Source of the DNA: Ancylonema sp. | Lineage: Eukaryota | Direction: 5' to 3' | Assembly: GCA_050230475.1 (NCBI GenBank) | Contig: JBFLGF010000034.1 | Location: forward strand, 1-64,000 | DNA length: 64,000 nucleotides | Part shown: positions 62,849-64,000 of the stretch, one piece after another | How positions within the stretch are numbered: the first letter of the stretch is position 1 | Layout: each line of letters starts with the position of its first letter | Made by a program: the position numbers and the translations under genes | The notes under the pieces: model-generated | Told to the model about the DNA's origin: nothing | Seen by the model: the letters and a program-made list of their open reading frames with translations, nothing else | Database searches by the model: none

Positions 62849-64000
62849 ATGGCTGGCTTATCCTCGCTCTCTGTTCTATGTGTCGTGGTCGCGTGCTGCT
62901 TGAGTTCAGCAGCAGCTAACTTTCATGGACTATTTGAACACGCTTCTTTTGACGACTACGTGCATGGACACGAGTATGCCCCACAGCCGTCTGCATTCGA
63001 GGCTGCTCTCAAGGGCATTGAAAAATATTATCTGGACAGCGCTGTACAAGTAGAGGTTGTGGTGGAGGGTACGTATGAGCCTTCCTTACCCGAAATCGAC
63101 GATACTCTGCTCCCAGATGACCACCCGCACAAGAGACCGGTGGAGGTCCGAATCAAATCTGCGGTTCGGAATGTTGCGATTCGGAATAGGCGGATCGGTA
63201 CTTTCGAGAAGACACCTACTTCTTCACCGTTGCAGTCGGATATGCGGGAGGGTGAACAGAGGCGCCTTTTTCAGTTGAGTGAGATGGAGGATGAGGCTGG
63301 TCGCCGTATGCTGGGGAAGACCGATACAAAGAACGCTTTGTCGGTTGTCACGAATGGAGCGATCGCCCCCGGACCTACAACACCTCCGTCTGCAGCTGCC
63401 ATTGGCTCAGACTTCTACCGATTCGGAAGTGTCGCCTTGCCGCAACTCGTGAACTGGACCATGACGAAGGCCGCCACTTTTGTACACTTTGAAGGAGCTG
63501 TAAGTACTTCCTGCCGGTCCCGGGCGTGTGATTGTACAGCCGTTCCCTGAAATCGTCGGTTTGTTTCTCGAATCCCAGTGTGACGGAATTCACCGATTTC
63601 GACTATGTCGACGATTTCTTGTACCGATAACCATCCGCTCACACGTCTTATTGTGTGTTTCCTGCAGTTCTGCCAATCGTGCTGGGCGATTGCGGTGGCT
63701 GATGCAGTGTCTATGATGTGGCTCATTCATGGAGGAAAAGGCAGCGTGCCAGTTGGTGCAGAAATGCTTCGCACCGACAAAAATTACGGAAATCCAGCAG
63801 GTACGGTTCTCCCCTTCTCCTGTCCACCGACTCCTCGATCCCATCTGACTTACCTTGGTCACTCTTTGTAGCAGCCCATGCGAATTTGATGATGATCTGA
63901 ATGTCTTCTTTCCCTTGTCCCCTACCTGTCTCTTCCAGGAAACGGCGGTGCAGATATGTCTCCCCAGCAGATTTGCGACGGCATGGGCGTCAGCTGCTGC
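62849..64000 (+). CDS. Papain-family (C1A) cysteine protease precursor, 5' part (exons 62849-63499, 63668-63800, 63939-end); runs off the window
   Basis: Signal peptide and long propeptide. Mature N-terminus LPQLVNWT..AATFVHFEGA/FCQSCWAIA (catalytic Cys-Trp). MSPQQICD corresponds to LSxQQLVDC. GT-AG junctions in phase. Confidence 0.8.

Overview
Eukaryotic, intron-rich nuclear DNA with plant-type genes; a streptophyte alga or early-diverging plant is my inference. Six host genes are supported: a CHERP-like SURP+CID protein (-), a small plastid-targeted membrane protein (+), a secreted purple acid phosphatase (-), DCP1 (+), a SETD9-like protein (+) and the 5' part of a papain-family protease (+). 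Intergenic DNA is dense in MITE-like elements and retroelement relics. These include two Copia fragments and a CRE-clade RT/RLE non-LTR element inside a TA-flanked TIR element. A gene-free ~22 kb cluster (38.3-60.1 kb) holds an inverted pair of chromovirus copies and a Ty3/Gypsy element. The main finding is this Gypsy element: its Pol carries a C5-cytosine DNA methyltransferase between protease and RT, and a PHD finger after integrase (chromatin writer plus reader). It is split by a solo LTR (4-bp TSD) that in turn holds a full-length Copia (5-bp TSD). Other notable signals are an 11-nt Tf1-type self-priming PBS after an LTR family, a possible CUG start for DCP1, and a papain with Glu at the oxyanion-hole Gln. 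Several host-gene frameshifts fall in G/C homopolymers and are probably assembly errors. All family assignments come from motif recognition by eye; no searches were run.
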